Assembly: GCA_965217585.1 (NCBI GenBank)
Contig: OZ244561.1
Span: 6,272,001 to 6,336,000 of the forward strand
Source of the DNA: Candidatus Latescibacterota bacterium
GTDB taxonomy: Bacteria > Latescibacterota > UBA2968 > UBA8231
DNA: 64,000 bases
Direction: 5' to 3'
The position numbers and the translations under genes were made by a program. Under the pieces are notes generated by a model that saw only the letters and a list, made by a program, of their open reading frames with translations, made no database searches and had not been told where the DNA came from. Shown here one piece after another: positions 17,670-28,628 of this stretch. Within the stretch, counting starts at the first letter, position 1, and each line of letters starts with the position of its first letter.

Positions 17670-20600
17670 ATGAGCGGGTGTGCAGTTAGTAACAAACTTG
17701 TTTGGAATAGATCGCTGTTCTGCCTGAGTATGCTCTTTCTGGCGGCTACTTTGATGTTGGCTCCGGCGGCTGAAGCCCAGGATACGCCGAGCTTTGAGGG
17801 GGCAACGGTTGCCAACCAGATGTACGAGGCCGGGGTGGCGATAGAGGCTCTGGAGTTGCCTGCGGCTTCGGGAGGCAATGGCGATTTGACGTATGCTCTA
17901 GGGCCCTTGCCGCCGGGTTTGGAATTTGATGCGGCGTCTCGGATACTTTCGGGCACGCCTTCGGATGTTGTCATCTTCCCGGAAAAGGTCTTTTTCTTGA
18001 TGACCTACGAAGTGACGGACGCCGATGGTGCTACGGCCATCTTGACATTCAATATTTCAGTAGAAGAGGAGGATGTAGCTCCGAGCTTTGACGGTGTGAC
18101 GGTTGCCGATCAGATGTTCTCGGCCGGGGCGGCGATAGAGGCTCTGGAGTTGCCTGCGGCTTCGAGTGGTAACGGCGATTTGACGTATGATTTAAGGCCT
18201 GTGCCGCCGGGATTGGCATTCGATGCCGCGTCTCGGACGCTTTCGGGTACGCCTTCGGAAGTGGCTATTTCCTTGATGACTTACGAAGTGACGGATGCCG
18301 ACGGCGATACGGCCACGTTGACATTCGAGATAGAAGTCGATACGATGCCGAGCTTTGAGGGGGCGACGGTTGCTGAGCAGTCGTACCAGACAGGCGAGGA
18401 TATAGGAGTTCTGGGACTGCCTGCGGCTTCGGTGGGAGAGCATGAGGCACCTCCGAGATATAGCTTGTCACCGGAGGTGCCAGGTCTGACGTTTGATGCT
18501 GCGTCGCTTACGCTTTCGGGTACGCCGACCGTAGCCGGGACGTATGAAATGACCTACCGGGTAGAAGATTCCGATACCAATATGGAGGAGCGCGACGCGG
18601 AGGAATTGACCTTTACGGTCTATGTAGAGCTGACCTTCGCGGCGGTCGCTGCGCGTCAAACAACCTTTACTGCAGGCGAAGAGATAAAACAGCCTTGGGA
18701 GTTGCCAGTAGGTCGGTCCACCGACGTTCTGACGTATAGCTTGGACGGGGAGTTGCCTCCGGGGCTGACGTTTGATCCGGCGACTCGGATGATTTCGGGT
18801 ACGCCGCCGGCTGATGTGTTGTATGACGAGTCATATCCGTTCACGTATCGGGCGGAGGATTCCGATGGCGATTCGGCTGAGTTGACCTTCACGATTGTGA
18901 TAGCTGCTATGCCCAGCTTCGTCCGGGAGGAGGAAGATCATCTGTACCCGGCGGGCGATGCGGTGAGCTTAGAGTTGCCGGAGGCGGAAGGTGGGAATGT
19001 GGCGAGGACGTATCGCTTGGAAGGGGAGTTGCCTGCGGGGCTGTCGTTTGATGGCGTGGCTCGGACGATTTCGGGTACGCCGCCGACGGATGTGACCTAT
19101 GCTGAGGGCTATGCGTTGACGTATCGGGTGACGGATGTCGATGGCGATACTGTGACGTTGACCTTCGCGATTCGAGTGAATGGCATACCTAGCTTCGTCC
19201 GGGAGGAGGAAGATCAGCTATACCCGGCGGGCGATGCGGTGAGCTTAGAGTTGCCGGAGGCGGAAGGTGGGAATGTGGCGAGGACGTATCGCTTGGATGG
19301 AGAGTTGCCTGCGGGTCTGTCGTTTGATCCGGCGACTCGGACGATTTCGGGTACGCCGCCGGAGTTTGCGTGGTATACCTTTGACGGGTATACGGTGACG
19401 TATCGGGTGGCGGATGTCGATGGCGAAGAGCCGGCTCCGTTGGTGTTCACGATTCGGGTGGATGGTATCCCTCGCTTCGACGAAACCGTGTCGAGTCAAG
19501 TCACCTTTGCCGAAGGCCAAACGATAGATCCTTGGGTGTTGCCCTCGGCTTCGGGCGGCAACGGCGATGTGACGTATGAGTTGGTTGGGGAGTTGCCGGA
19601 GGGGCTGAGCTATGACGGCGCGACTCGGACGATTTCGGGTACGCTGTCGGCGGATGCGACGTATGCTGCTGAGAGCGAAGGGTATACGGTGACGTATCAG
19701 GTGACGGATCAGGATGGCGATGCGCCCGACGTCTTGGAATTCACGATCGTGGTGCATGGTATGCCCAGCTTCCACGCTCAGGTCGTAGACGACCAGCTGT
19801 ACGAGGCGGGCGAGGCGGTGAGCTTAGGGCTGCCGGAGGCGGTCGGTGGGAATAACGGTTTGACGTATACCTTGGAAGGGGAGTTGCCTGCGGGTCTTTC
19901 GTTTGATGGCGTGGCTCGGACGATTTCGGGTACGCCGCCGACGGATGTGACCTATGCTGAGGGCTATGCGTTGACGTATCGGGTGACGGATGTGGATGGC
20001 GATGCTGTGACGTTGACCTTCGCGATTCGGGTGAACGGTATCCCCAGCTTCGTCCGGGAGCAGGAAGACCAGCCGTATCTGGCGGGCGAGGCGGTGAGCT
20101 TAGAGTTGCCGGAGGCGGAAGGTGGGAATGTGGCGAGGACGTATCGCTTGGATGGGGAGTTGCCTGCGGGTCTGTCGTTTGATCCGGGGACCCGGACGAT
20201 TTCGGGTACGCCGCCGGAGTTTGCGTGGTATACCTTTGACGGGTATACGGTGACGTATCGGGTGGCGGATGTCGATGGCGAAGAGCCGACCCCGTTGGTG
20301 TTCACGATTCGGGTGGATGGAATTCCTCGCTTCGACGAAACCGTGTCGAGTCAAGTCACCTTTGCCGAAGGCCAGACGATAGATCCTTGGGTGTTGCCCT
20401 CGGCTTCGGGCGGCAACGGCGATGTGACGTATGAGTTGGTTGGGGAGTTGCCGGAGGGTCTGAGCTATGATGGCGCGACTCGGACGATTTCGGGTACGCT
20501 GTCGGCGGATGCGACGTATGCTGCTGAGAGCGAAGGGTATACGGTGACGTATCAGGTGACGGATCAGGATGGCGATGCGCCCGACGTCTTGGAATTCACG

Positions 20601-23600
20601 ATCGTGGTGCATGGTATGCCCAGCTTCCACGCTCAGGTCGTAGACGACCAGCTGTACGAGGCGGGCGAGGCGGTGAGCTTAGGGCTGCCGGAGGCGGTCG
20701 GTGGGAATAACGGTTTGACGTATACCTTGGAAGGGGAGTTGCCTGCGGGTCTTTCGTTTGATGGCGTGGCTCGGACGATTTCGGGTACGCCGCCGACGGA
20801 TGTGACCTATGCTGAGGGCTATGCGTTGACGTATCGGGTGACGGATGTGGATGGCGATACTGTGACGTTGACCTTCGCGATTCGAGTGAATGGCATACCC
20901 AGCTTCGTCCGGGAGCAGGAAGACCAGCCGTATCTGGCGGGCGAGGCGGTGAGCTTAGAGTTGCCGGAGGCGGAAGGTGGGAATGTGGCGAGGACGTATC
21001 GCTTGGATGGGGAGTTGCCTGCGGGTCTGTCGTTTGATCCGGGGACCCGGACGATTTCGGGTACGCCGCCGGAGTTTGCGTGGTATACCTTTGACGGGTA
21101 TACGGTGACGTATCGGGTGGCGGATGTCGATGGCGAAGAGCCGACCCCGTTGGTGTTCACGATTCGGGTGGATGGAATTCCTCGCTTCGACGAAACCGTG
21201 TCGAGTCAAGTCACCTTTGCCGAAGGCCAGACGATAGATCCTTGGGTGTTGCCCTCGGCTTCGGGCGGCAACGGCGATGTGACGTATGAGTTGGTTGGGG
21301 AGTTGCCGGAGGGTCTGAGCTATGATGGCGCGACTCGGACGATTTCGGGTACGCTGTCGGCGGATGCGATGTATGCTGCTGAGAGCGATGGGTATGTGGT
21401 GACGTATCAGGTGACGGATCAGGATGGCGATGCGCCCGCTGCCTTGGAATTCACGATCGTGGTGCATGGTATGCCCAGCTTCCACGCTCAGGTCGTAGAC
21501 GACCAGTTGTATCCGGCGGGCGAGGCGGTGAGCTTAGGTCTGCCAGAGGCGGTCGGAGGCAATGACGATTTGACGTATACCCTGGAAGGGGAGTTGCCTG
21601 CGGGTCTTTCGTTTGATGGCGTGGCGCGGACGATTTCAGGAACGCCGCCGACGGATGCGACCTATGCCGAGTCCGATGCGTTGACGTATCGGGTGACGGA
21701 TGTCGATGGCGATGCTGTGACGTTGCGCTTTGCGATTCGGGTGAATGGTATCCCCAGCTTCGTCCGGGAGGAGGAAGATCAGCTGTACACGGCGGGCGAG
21801 GCGGTGAGCTTAGAGTTGCTGGAGGCGGTCGGTGGGAATGTGGCGAGGACGTATCGCTTGGATGGGGAGTTACCTGCGGGTCTGTCGTTTGATCCGGCGA
21901 CTCGGACGATTTCGGGTACGCCGCCGGAGTTTGCGTGGTATGCTTTTGAAGGGTATGCGTTGACGTATCGGGTGGCGGATGTCGATGGCGAAGAGCCGAC
22001 CCCGTTGGTGTTCACGATTCGGGTGGATGGTATACCCCGCTTCGACGAAACCGTGTCGAGTCAAATCACCTTTGCCGAAGGCCAAACGATAGATCCTTGG
22101 GTGTTGCCTTCGGCTTCGGGCGGCAACGGCGATGTGACGTATGAGTTGGTCGGGGAGTTGCCGGAGGGTCTGGCCTATGATGGCGCGACTCGGACGATTT
22201 CGGGTACGCTGTCGGCGGATGCGTCGTATGCTGCTGAGAGCGATGGGTATGTGGTGACGTATCAGGTGACGGATCAGGATGGCGATGCTCCCGAGGCCTT
22301 GGAATTCACGATAGTGATACATGGTATGCCCAGCTTCGGCGCTCAGGTCGTAGAAGACCAAAGCTACGAAGCAGGCGGTGAGGAGACCTTAGCCTTGCCG
22401 GAGGCGGTCGGTGGGAATGGCGCGTTGACGTATACCTTGGAGGGGGAGTTGCCTGCGGGTCTGTCGTTTGATGGCGCGGCGCGGACGATTTCGGGTACGC
22501 CGCCGACGGATGCGACCTATGCCGAGTCCGATGCGTTGACGTATCGGGTGACGGATATCGATGGCGATGCTGTGACGTTGCGCTTCGCGATTGCGGTGAA
22601 TGGTATACCCAGCTTCGTCCGGGAGGAGGAAGACCAGCTGTACACGGCGGGCGAGGCGGTGAGCTTAGAGTTGCCAGAGGCAGCAGGTGGGAATGTGGCG
22701 AGGACGTATCGCTTGGATGGGGAGTTGCCGGAGGGGCTGGTGTTTGATCCGGCGACTCGGACGATTTCAGGAACGCCGCCGGAGTTTGCGTGGTATGCTT
22801 TTGAAGGGTATGCGTTGACGTATCGGGTGGCGGATGTCGATGGCGAAGAGCCGACCCCGTTGGTGTTCACGATTCGGGTGGATGGAATTCCTCGCTTCGA
22901 CGAAACCGTGTCGAGTCAAATCACCTTTGCCGAAGGCCAGACGATAGATCCTTGGGTGTTGCCCTCGGCTTCGGGCGGCAACGGCCAGTTGACGTATGAG
23001 TTGGTTGGGGAGTTGCCGGAGGGTCTGAGCTATGATGGCGCGACTCGGACGATTTCGGGTACGCTGTCGGCGGATGCGATGTATGCTGCTGAGAGCGATG
23101 GGTATGTGGTGACGTATCAGGTGACGGATCAGGATGGCGATGCGCCCGCTGCCTTGGAATTCACGATCGTGGTGCATGGTATGCCCAGCTTCAGCGGTCA
23201 GGTCGTAGACGACCAAAGCTACGAAGCAGGCGGTGAGGAGACCTTGGGTCTGCCGGAGGCGGTCGGTGGGAATGGCGCGTTGACGTATACCTTGGAGGGG
23301 GAGTTGCCTGCGGGTCTGTCGTTTGATGGCACGGCTCGGACAATTTCAGGTACGCCGCCGACGGATGCGACGTATGCCGAGGGCTATGCGTTGACGTATC
23401 GGGTGGCGGATGTGGATGGCGATGATACGGCGTTGCGCTTCGCGATTCGGGTGAATGGTATCCCCAGCTTCGTCCGGGAGGAGGAAGATCAGCTGTACCC
23501 GGCGGGCGAGGCGGTGAGCTTAGAGTTGCCAGAGGCGGAAGGTGGGAATGTGGCGAGGACGTATCGCTTGGATGGGGAGTTGCCGGAGGGGCTGGTGTTT

Positions 23601-26600
23601 GATCCGGCGACTCGGACGATTTCAGGAACGCCGCCGGAGTTTGCGTGGTATGCTTTTGAAGGGTATGCGTTGACGTATCGGGTGGCGGATGTCGATGGCG
23701 AAGAGCCGACCCCGTTGGTGTTCACGATTCGGGTGGATGGAATTCCTCGCTTCGACGAAACCGTGTCGAGTCAAATCACCTTTGCCGAAGGCCAGACGAT
23801 AGATCCTTGGGTGTTGCCCTCGGCTTCGGGCGGCAACGGCCAGTTGACGTATGAGTTGGTTGGGGAGTTGCCGGAGGGTCTGAGCTATGATGGCGCGACT
23901 CGGACGATTTCGGGTACGCTGTCGGCGGATGCGATGTATGCTGCTGAGAGCGATGGGTATGTGGTGACGTATCAGGTGACGGATCAGGATGGCGATGCGC
24001 CCGCTGCCTTGGAATTCACGATCGTGGTGCATGGTATGCCCAGCTTCAGCGGTCAGGTCGTAGACGACCAGCTGTACCCGGCGGGCGATGCGGTGAGCTT
24101 AGGGCTGCCGGAGGCGGTTGGAGGGAATGGCGCACTGACGTATACCTTGGAAGGGGAGTTGCCTGCGGGTCTTTCGTTTGATGGCGTGGCGCGGACGATT
24201 TCGGGTACGCCGCCGACGGATGCGACCTATGCCGAGTCCGATGCGTTGACGTATCGGGTGACGGATGTCGATGGCGATGCTGTGACGTTGCGCTTTGCGA
24301 TTCGGGTGAATGGTATCCCCAGCTTCGTCCGGGAGGAGGAAGATCAGCTATACCCGGCGGGCGAGGCGGTGAGCTTAGAGTTGCCAGAGGCGGAAGGTGG
24401 GAATGTGGCGAGGACGTATCGCTTGGATGGGGAGTTGCCGGAGGGGCTGGTGTTTGATCCGGCGACTCGGACGATTTCAGGAACGCCGCCGGAGTTTGCG
24501 TGGTATGCTTTTGAAGGGTATGCGTTGACGTATCGGGTGGCGGATGTCGATGGCGAAGAGCCGACCCCGTTGGTGTTCACGATTCGGGTGGATGGAATTC
24601 CTCGCTTCGACGAAACCGTGTCGAGTCAAATCACCTTTGCCGAAGGCCAGACGATAGATCCTTGGGTGTTGCCCTCGGCTTCGGGCGGCAACGGCCAGTT
24701 GACGTATGAGTTGGTTGGGGAGTTGCCGGAGGGTCTGAGCTATGATGGCGCGACTCGGACGATTTCGGGTACGCTGTCGGCGGATGCGATGTATGCTGCT
24801 GAGAGCGATGGGTATGTGGTGACGTATCAGGTGACGGATCAGGATGGCGATGCGCCCGCTGCCTTGGAATTCACGATCGTGGTGCATGGTATGCCCAGCT
24901 TCAGCGGTCAGGTCGTAGACGACCAGCTGTACCCGGCGGGCGATGCGGTGAGCTTAGGGCTGCCGGAGGCGGTCGGTGGGAATGGCGCGTTGACGTATAC
25001 CTTGGAAGGGGAGTTGCCTGCGGGTCTTTCGTTTGATGGCGCGGCGCGGACGATTTCGGGTACGCCGCCGACGGATGCGACCTATGCCGAGTCCGATGCG
25101 TTGACGTATCGGGTGACGGATGTCGATGGCGATGCTGTGACGTTGCGCTTTGCGATTCGGGTGAATGGCATCCCCAGCTTCGTCCGGGAGGAGGAAGATC
25201 AGCTATACCCGGCGGGCGAGGCGGTGAGCTTAGAGTTGCCAGAGGCAGCAGGTGGGAATGTGGCGAGGACGTATCGCTTGGATGGGGAGTTGCCGGAGGG
25301 GCTGGTGTTTGATCCGGCGACTCGGACGATTTCAGGAACGCCGCCGGAGTTTGCGTGGTATGCTTTTGAAGGGTATGCGTTGACGTATCGGGTGGCGGAT
25401 GTCGATGGCGAAGAGCCGACCCCGTTGGTGTTCACGATTCGGGTGGATGGAATTCCTCGCTTCGACGAAACCGTGTCGAGTCAAATCACCTTTGCCGAAG
25501 GCCAGACGATAGATCCTTGGGTGTTGCCCTCGGCTTCGGGCGGCAACGGCCAGTTGACGTATGAGTTGGTTGGGGAGTTGCCGGAGGGTCTGAGCTATGA
25601 TGGCGCGACTCGGACGATTTCGGGTACGCTGTCGGCGGATGCGATGTATGCTGCTGAGAGCGATGGGTATGTGGTGACGTATCAGGTGACGGATCAGGAT
25701 GGCGATGCGCCCGCTGCCTTGGAATTCACGATCGTGGTGCATGGTATGCCCAGCTTCAGCGGTCAGGTCGTAGACGACCAAAGCTACGAAGCAGGCGGTG
25801 AGGAGACCTTAGCCTTGCCGGAGGCGGTTGGTGGGAATGGCGCGTTGACGTATACCTTGGATGGGGAGTTGCCGCCGGGTCTGTCGTTTGATGGCACGGC
25901 TCGGACGATTTCAGGTACGCCGCCGGCCGATTACTTGTATATTGCCGAGGGCTATGCGTTGACGTATCGGGTGGCGGATGTCGATGGCGATGCTGTGACG
26001 TTGACCTTCACGATTGCGGTGAATGGCATACCTAGCTTCGGCGATCAGGTCGTAGAAGACCAGAGCTACGAGGCAGGCACAGGCAATGTGGAAACCTTAG
26101 AGTTGCCGGAGGCGGTCGGTGGGAATGTGGCGTTGACGTATTTCTTGGATGGGGAGTTGCCGCCGGGTCTGGCGTTTAATCCCACGTCTCGGACGATTTC
26201 GGGTGAGTTGTCGCCTAATGTGTCGTATTCTCCCGAAGGGTATGCGTTGACGTATCGGGTGGCGGATGTCGATGGCGAAGAGCCGGCCCCGTTGACCTTC
26301 ACGATTTCGGTGAATGCTATGCCTCTCTTTGAGGGAACTATTACGAATCAGAGGGTTCCTGAAGGGGAAGAGATGGCCCCGTTGGAGTTGCCTGCGGCTT
26401 TGGGCGGCAACGGTGAGTTGACGTATAGCTTGAATGAGGAGAGTTTGCCTCCGGGTCTGGTGTTTGATGCCGAGGCTCGGACGATTTCGGGTACGCCGGA
26501 GCTTCATGTGTCGCATCCTGCCGAGGGCTATGCGTTGACGTACCGGGTAGAAGATGAAGATGGCGATTCGGCTGAGTTGACCTTCTTCCTGACAGTCGAC

Positions 26601-28601
26601 GGTACACCTACCTTTTTTGACGCGACCATTGAGGATCGAATCTTGCGTCAGAATGAGGCGATGGATTCGTGGGAATTGCCAGCGGCTGCGGGCGGCAACG
26701 GCGACTTGACATATAGTTTAGATATGAATGTGCCGGGTCTGAACTTCGACGCTGCGTCTCGGACGCTTTCGGGCACGCCGACGGACACAGGGGTGTATCG
26801 CTTAGTCTACCAGGTGGAGGATATCGATGGCGATTCGGCTGAGTTGACCTTTCACATAACGGTAGATGGTGCGCCCAGCTTTAGCGGGGACGTGGCCAAC
26901 CAGACGTACATAGACGGCGAGGCGATTGAAGACTTGGTGTTGCCCTTGGCTTCGGGCGGCAACTTGCTCTCGCTAAATCCGGATGGCGAGGCCGTGTTCG
27001 GCGAGTTGACGTATACCCTAGATAACGTGCCGCCGGGTCTGACGTTTGACCCCAACCCCATGTCGCCGATGCTTTCGGGCACACCGGCGGAGGTCGGAAC
27101 GTATACGTTGACGTATACAGCCCACGACGCCGACGACAATATGACTGCTGAGGACGCAGCTATCCTTAGCTTCGAGGTCCGAGTGGAAGAATCGGCTACG
27201 GACCGTTTTTCGGAACTCAACAAACAGATCTTGTCCAAGTACGCATTGGCTATTGCCGATGGAACGAATCGCGCCATCGAAAATCGCCTTGAGCAGATGG
27301 ACAGAGTTGGCGATGTGAATAGGTCTTTTAGCTTCGCCGCCGAGTCTACCCTCCACGATATGATTCAATCCGGCCGGATCTTTGAGAATCGCCCGGTCAA
27401 TATGTCACAGGTTGTGAATGGCTCGTCCTTCGCGGTGCCGTTTGGTTTCGGTAGAGGATGCATCCTTTGTCCCGGCAGTCCTACATTCTGGGGCCGGGGA
27501 GACTACGGCCAAATGTCTAGCGACGATGGTTCGCTGGATTGGGAGGGCAACCTAACCCGTGCTCAGATAGGTTTGGATGCCCGGCCAGGTGCCGAGATGC
27601 TAACCGGGTTGGCGCTGTCGTGGGCCCAAGGATCGTTCGATTATTCCGCCCCGTTGCTCGGCGAAGAGCGAGTCGACGGTACTTATACGCCCCGCATGTT
27701 GAGCCTGCATCCTTACGTCGGGTTCTCGCCAGGGCGGCTGGGGGTATGGTTGACGGCGGGCTTAGGGCGTGGCGACATCGAGATTGACGACGAACAGGGA
27801 ACCGTAGGCCTGCAGTCGAGCGATACGTCGCTGCGGACTGCAAGTGTAGGGGCTAGCGGTGACTTGCTCGCCAGTGGGCCGACTCAGTTGCGGATCAAGG
27901 CTGCTGCTACTGTAGCCCAAGTCGAAATCGAGGGTGGAGAAGTCGAGGATGGAAAAGGAAACCGGATCGCCGAGGAGACGGTGAGTGCAAATCGCTTGAG
28001 GTTGGCACTCAAAGGCTCACATGCTTATGAAATGGGCATGGATGGGCAGGTGACACCCGAGCTAGAGGTTGCTCTGCGCCAAGATGGCGGCGACGGACAG
28101 ACCGGGGCCGGCGTAGAAGTTGGCGGTGGCCTGCGCTTTGATAGCGGTGGCTTCACGCTGGAAGCTATGGCGCGGAGTCTGGTAAGTGACGGCGACGACG
28201 AGGTCGAGTACAAAGAATGGGGGGCGCATCTGCTGCTCCAGCGCTCGGCTGGCACCGGTGGTCGAGGGTTGTCGTTGCGGGTGATGCCAACCTACGGTAC
28301 GCAGGCGAACAGCCTGACGCTGTGGGAACGCAGCGTAGCCGAGATAGCAGACCGGGGTGCTGTGAACGCGCAAGGCCAGCTCAGAGCCGAGGTCGGCTAC
28401 GGTTTAGCCGCACTTGGCGGTCGGGGAGTGTACACTGTGTACAGCGGAATGACTCAAGCGCCAAAGCGAATGCAGTTGCGCTTAGGTACGCGCTTTGAGG
28501 TAGATTCGTCTATGTCAGTGAGCCTTGAGAGCACGCGCTGGCAACGCATGGCCGGTGCCGCTGAGCACGGCCTCCTGTTGCGTGGGCGTCTGGTCTTTTA
28601 A
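17670..28601 (+). CDS. Giant acidic surface protein: signal peptide, about 33 putative Ig (He_PIG/cadherin-like) domains, autotransporter-type beta-barrel
   Basis: SD GGAGGG then ATG 17670; signal ends AAEA/QD; repeated LPxAxGGNGxLTY...LPxGLxFD...RTISGTP...TYxVxDxDGD units; helical linker; alternating beta strands ending in C-terminal Phe (LRGRLVF). Confidence 0.9.
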   Translation: MSGCAVSNKLVWNRSLFCLSMLFLAATLMLAPAAEAQDTPSFEGATVANQMYEAGVAIEALELPAASGGNGDLTYALGPLPPGLEFDAASRILSGTPSDVVIFPEKVFFLMTYEVTDADGATAILTFNISVEEEDVAPSFDGVTVADQMFSAGAAIEALELPAASSGNGDLTYDLRPVPPGLAFDAASRTLSGTPSEVAISLMTYEVTDADGDTATLTFEIEVDTMPSFEGATVAEQSYQTGEDIGVLGLPAASVGEHEAPPRYSLSPEVPGLTFDAASLTLSGTPTVAGTYEMTYRVEDSDTNMEERDAEELTFTVYVELTFAAVAARQTTFTAGEEIKQPWELPVGRSTDVLTYSLDGELPPGLTFDPATRMISGTPPADVLYDESYPFTYRAEDSDGDSAELTFTIVIAAMPSFVREEEDHLYPAGDAVSLELPEAEGGNVARTYRLEGELPAGLSFDGVARTISGTPPTDVTYAEGYALTYRVTDVDGDTVTLTFAIRVNGIPSFVREEEDQLYPAGDAVSLELPEAEGGNVARTYRLDGELPAGLSFDPATRTISGTPPEFAWYTFDGYTVTYRVADVDGEEPAPLVFTIRVDGIPRFDETVSSQVTFAEGQTIDPWVLPSASGGNGDVTYELVGELPEGLSYDGATRTISGTLSADATYAAESEGYTVTYQVTDQDGDAPDVLEFTIVVHGMPSFHAQVVDDQLYEAGEAVSLGLPEAVGGNNGLTYTLEGELPAGLSFDGVARTISGTPPTDVTYAEGYALTYRVTDVDGDAVTLTFAIRVNGIPSFVREQEDQPYLAGEAVSLELPEAEGGNVARTYRLDGELPAGLSFDPGTRTISGTPPEFAWYTFDGYTVTYRVADVDGEEPTPLVFTIRVDGIPRFDETVSSQVTFAEGQTIDPWVLPSASGGNGDVTYELVGELPEGLSYDGATRTISGTLSADATYAAESEGYTVTYQVTDQDGDAPDVLEFTIVVHGMPSFHAQVVDDQLYEAGEAVSLGLPEAVGGNNGLTYTLEGELPAGLSFDGVARTISGTPPTDVTYAEGYALTYRVTDVDGDTVTLTFAIRVNGIPSFVREQEDQPYLAGEAVSLELPEAEGGNVARTYRLDGELPAGLSFDPGTRTISGTPPEFAWYTFDGYTVTYRVADVDGEEPTPLVFTIRVDGIPRFDETVSSQVTFAEGQTIDPWVLPSASGGNGDVTYELVGELPEGLSYDGATRTISGTLSADAMYAAESDGYVVTYQVTDQDGDAPAALEFTIVVHGMPSFHAQVVDDQLYPAGEAVSLGLPEAVGGNDDLTYTLEGELPAGLSFDGVARTISGTPPTDATYAESDALTYRVTDVDGDAVTLRFAIRVNGIPSFVREEEDQLYTAGEAVSLELLEAVGGNVARTYRLDGELPAGLSFDPATRTISGTPPEFAWYAFEGYALTYRVADVDGEEPTPLVFTIRVDGIPRFDETVSSQITFAEGQTIDPWVLPSASGGNGDVTYELVGELPEGLAYDGATRTISGTLSADASYAAESDGYVVTYQVTDQDGDAPEALEFTIVIHGMPSFGAQVVEDQSYEAGGEETLALPEAVGGNGALTYTLEGELPAGLSFDGAARTISGTPPTDATYAESDALTYRVTDIDGDAVTLRFAIAVNGIPSFVREEEDQLYTAGEAVSLELPEAAGGNVARTYRLDGELPEGLVFDPATRTISGTPPEFAWYAFEGYALTYRVADVDGEEPTPLVFTIRVDGIPRFDETVSSQITFAEGQTIDPWVLPSASGGNGQLTYELVGELPEGLSYDGATRTISGTLSADAMYAAESDGYVVTYQVTDQDGDAPAALEFTIVVHGMPSFSGQVVDDQSYEAGGEETLGLPEAVGGNGALTYTLEGELPAGLSFDGTARTISGTPPTDATYAEGYALTYRVADVDGDDTALRFAIRVNGIPSFVREEEDQLYPAGEAVSLELPEAEGGNVARTYRLDGELPEGLVFDPATRTISGTPPEFAWYAFEGYALTYRVADVDGEEPTPLVFTIRVDGIPRFDETVSSQITFAEGQTIDPWVLPSASGGNGQLTYELVGELPEGLSYDGATRTISGTLSADAMYAAESDGYVVTYQVTDQDGDAPAALEFTIVVHGMPSFSGQVVDDQLYPAGDAVSLGLPEAVGGNGALTYTLEGELPAGLSFDGVARTISGTPPTDATYAESDALTYRVTDVDGDAVTLRFAIRVNGIPSFVREEEDQLYPAGEAVSLELPEAEGGNVARTYRLDGELPEGLVFDPATRTISGTPPEFAWYAFEGYALTYRVADVDGEEPTPLVFTIRVDGIPRFDETVSSQITFAEGQTIDPWVLPSASGGNGQLTYELVGELPEGLSYDGATRTISGTLSADAMYAAESDGYVVTYQVTDQDGDAPAALEFTIVVHGMPSFSGQVVDDQLYPAGDAVSLGLPEAVGGNGALTYTLEGELPAGLSFDGAARTISGTPPTDATYAESDALTYRVTDVDGDAVTLRFAIRVNGIPSFVREEEDQLYPAGEAVSLELPEAAGGNVARTYRLDGELPEGLVFDPATRTISGTPPEFAWYAFEGYALTYRVADVDGEEPTPLVFTIRVDGIPRFDETVSSQITFAEGQTIDPWVLPSASGGNGQLTYELVGELPEGLSYDGATRTISGTLSADAMYAAESDGYVVTYQVTDQDGDAPAALEFTIVVHGMPSFSGQVVDDQSYEAGGEETLALPEAVGGNGALTYTLDGELPPGLSFDGTARTISGTPPADYLYIAEGYALTYRVADVDGDAVTLTFTIAVNGIPSFGDQVVEDQSYEAGTGNVETLELPEAVGGNVALTYFLDGELPPGLAFNPTSRTISGELSPNVSYSPEGYALTYRVADVDGEEPAPLTFTISVNAMPLFEGTITNQRVPEGEEMAPLELPAALGGNGELTYSLNEESLPPGLVFDAEARTISGTPELHVSHPAEGYALTYRVEDEDGDSAELTFFLTVDGTPTFFDATIEDRILRQNEAMDSWELPAAAGGNGDLTYSLDMNVPGLNFDAASRTLSGTPTDTGVYRLVYQVEDIDGDSAELTFHITVDGAPSFSGDVANQTYIDGEAIEDLVLPLASGGNLLSLNPDGEAVFGELTYTLDNVPPGLTFDPNPMSPMLSGTPAEVGTYTLTYTAHDADDNMTAEDAAILSFEVRVEESATDRFSELNKQILSKYALAIADGTNRAIENRLEQMDRVGDVNRSFSFAAESTLHDMIQSGRIFENRPVNMSQVVNGSSFAVPFGFGRGCILCPGSPTFWGRGDYGQMSSDDGSLDWEGNLTRAQIGLDARPGAEMLTGLALSWAQGSFDYSAPLLGEERVDGTYTPRMLSLHPYVGFSPGRLGVWLTAGLGRGDIEIDDEQGTVGLQSSDTSLRTASVGASGDLLASGPTQLRIKAAATVAQVEIEGGEVEDGKGNRIAEETVSANRLRLALKGSHAYEMGMDGQVTPELEVALRQDGGDGQTGAGVEVGGGLRFDSGGFTLEAMARSLVSDGDDEVEYKEWGAHLLLQRSAGTGGRGLSLRVMPTYGTQANSLTLWERSVAEIADRGAVNAQGQLRAEVGYGLAALGGRGVYTVYSGMTQAPKRMQLRLGTRFEVDSSMSVSLESTRWQRMAGAAEHGLLLRGRLVF
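19188..26030 (+). repeat. Intragenic tandem repeat, 8 x 855 bp (three Ig-like domains per unit)
   Basis: PRFDETVSSQ codons recur at about 19470, 20325, 21180, 22035, 22890, 23745, 24600 and 25455 (period 855); near-identical DNA. Confidence 0.95.
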
Positions 28602-28628
28602 TTAATTCCATACATGCAGCACAGGATA

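Noticed and set aside
19188-26030. CRISPR array or DGR template/variable repeats
   Set aside because: The units are 855-bp in-frame coding repeats with no unique spacers. Differences are not confined to adenines, and no cas or reverse transcriptase gene is present.
19214-26516. Recurring minus-strand ORFs (MNTNG..., MHHDREF...)
   Set aside because: Antisense shadows of the repetitive giant CDS; they recur only because the repeat does.
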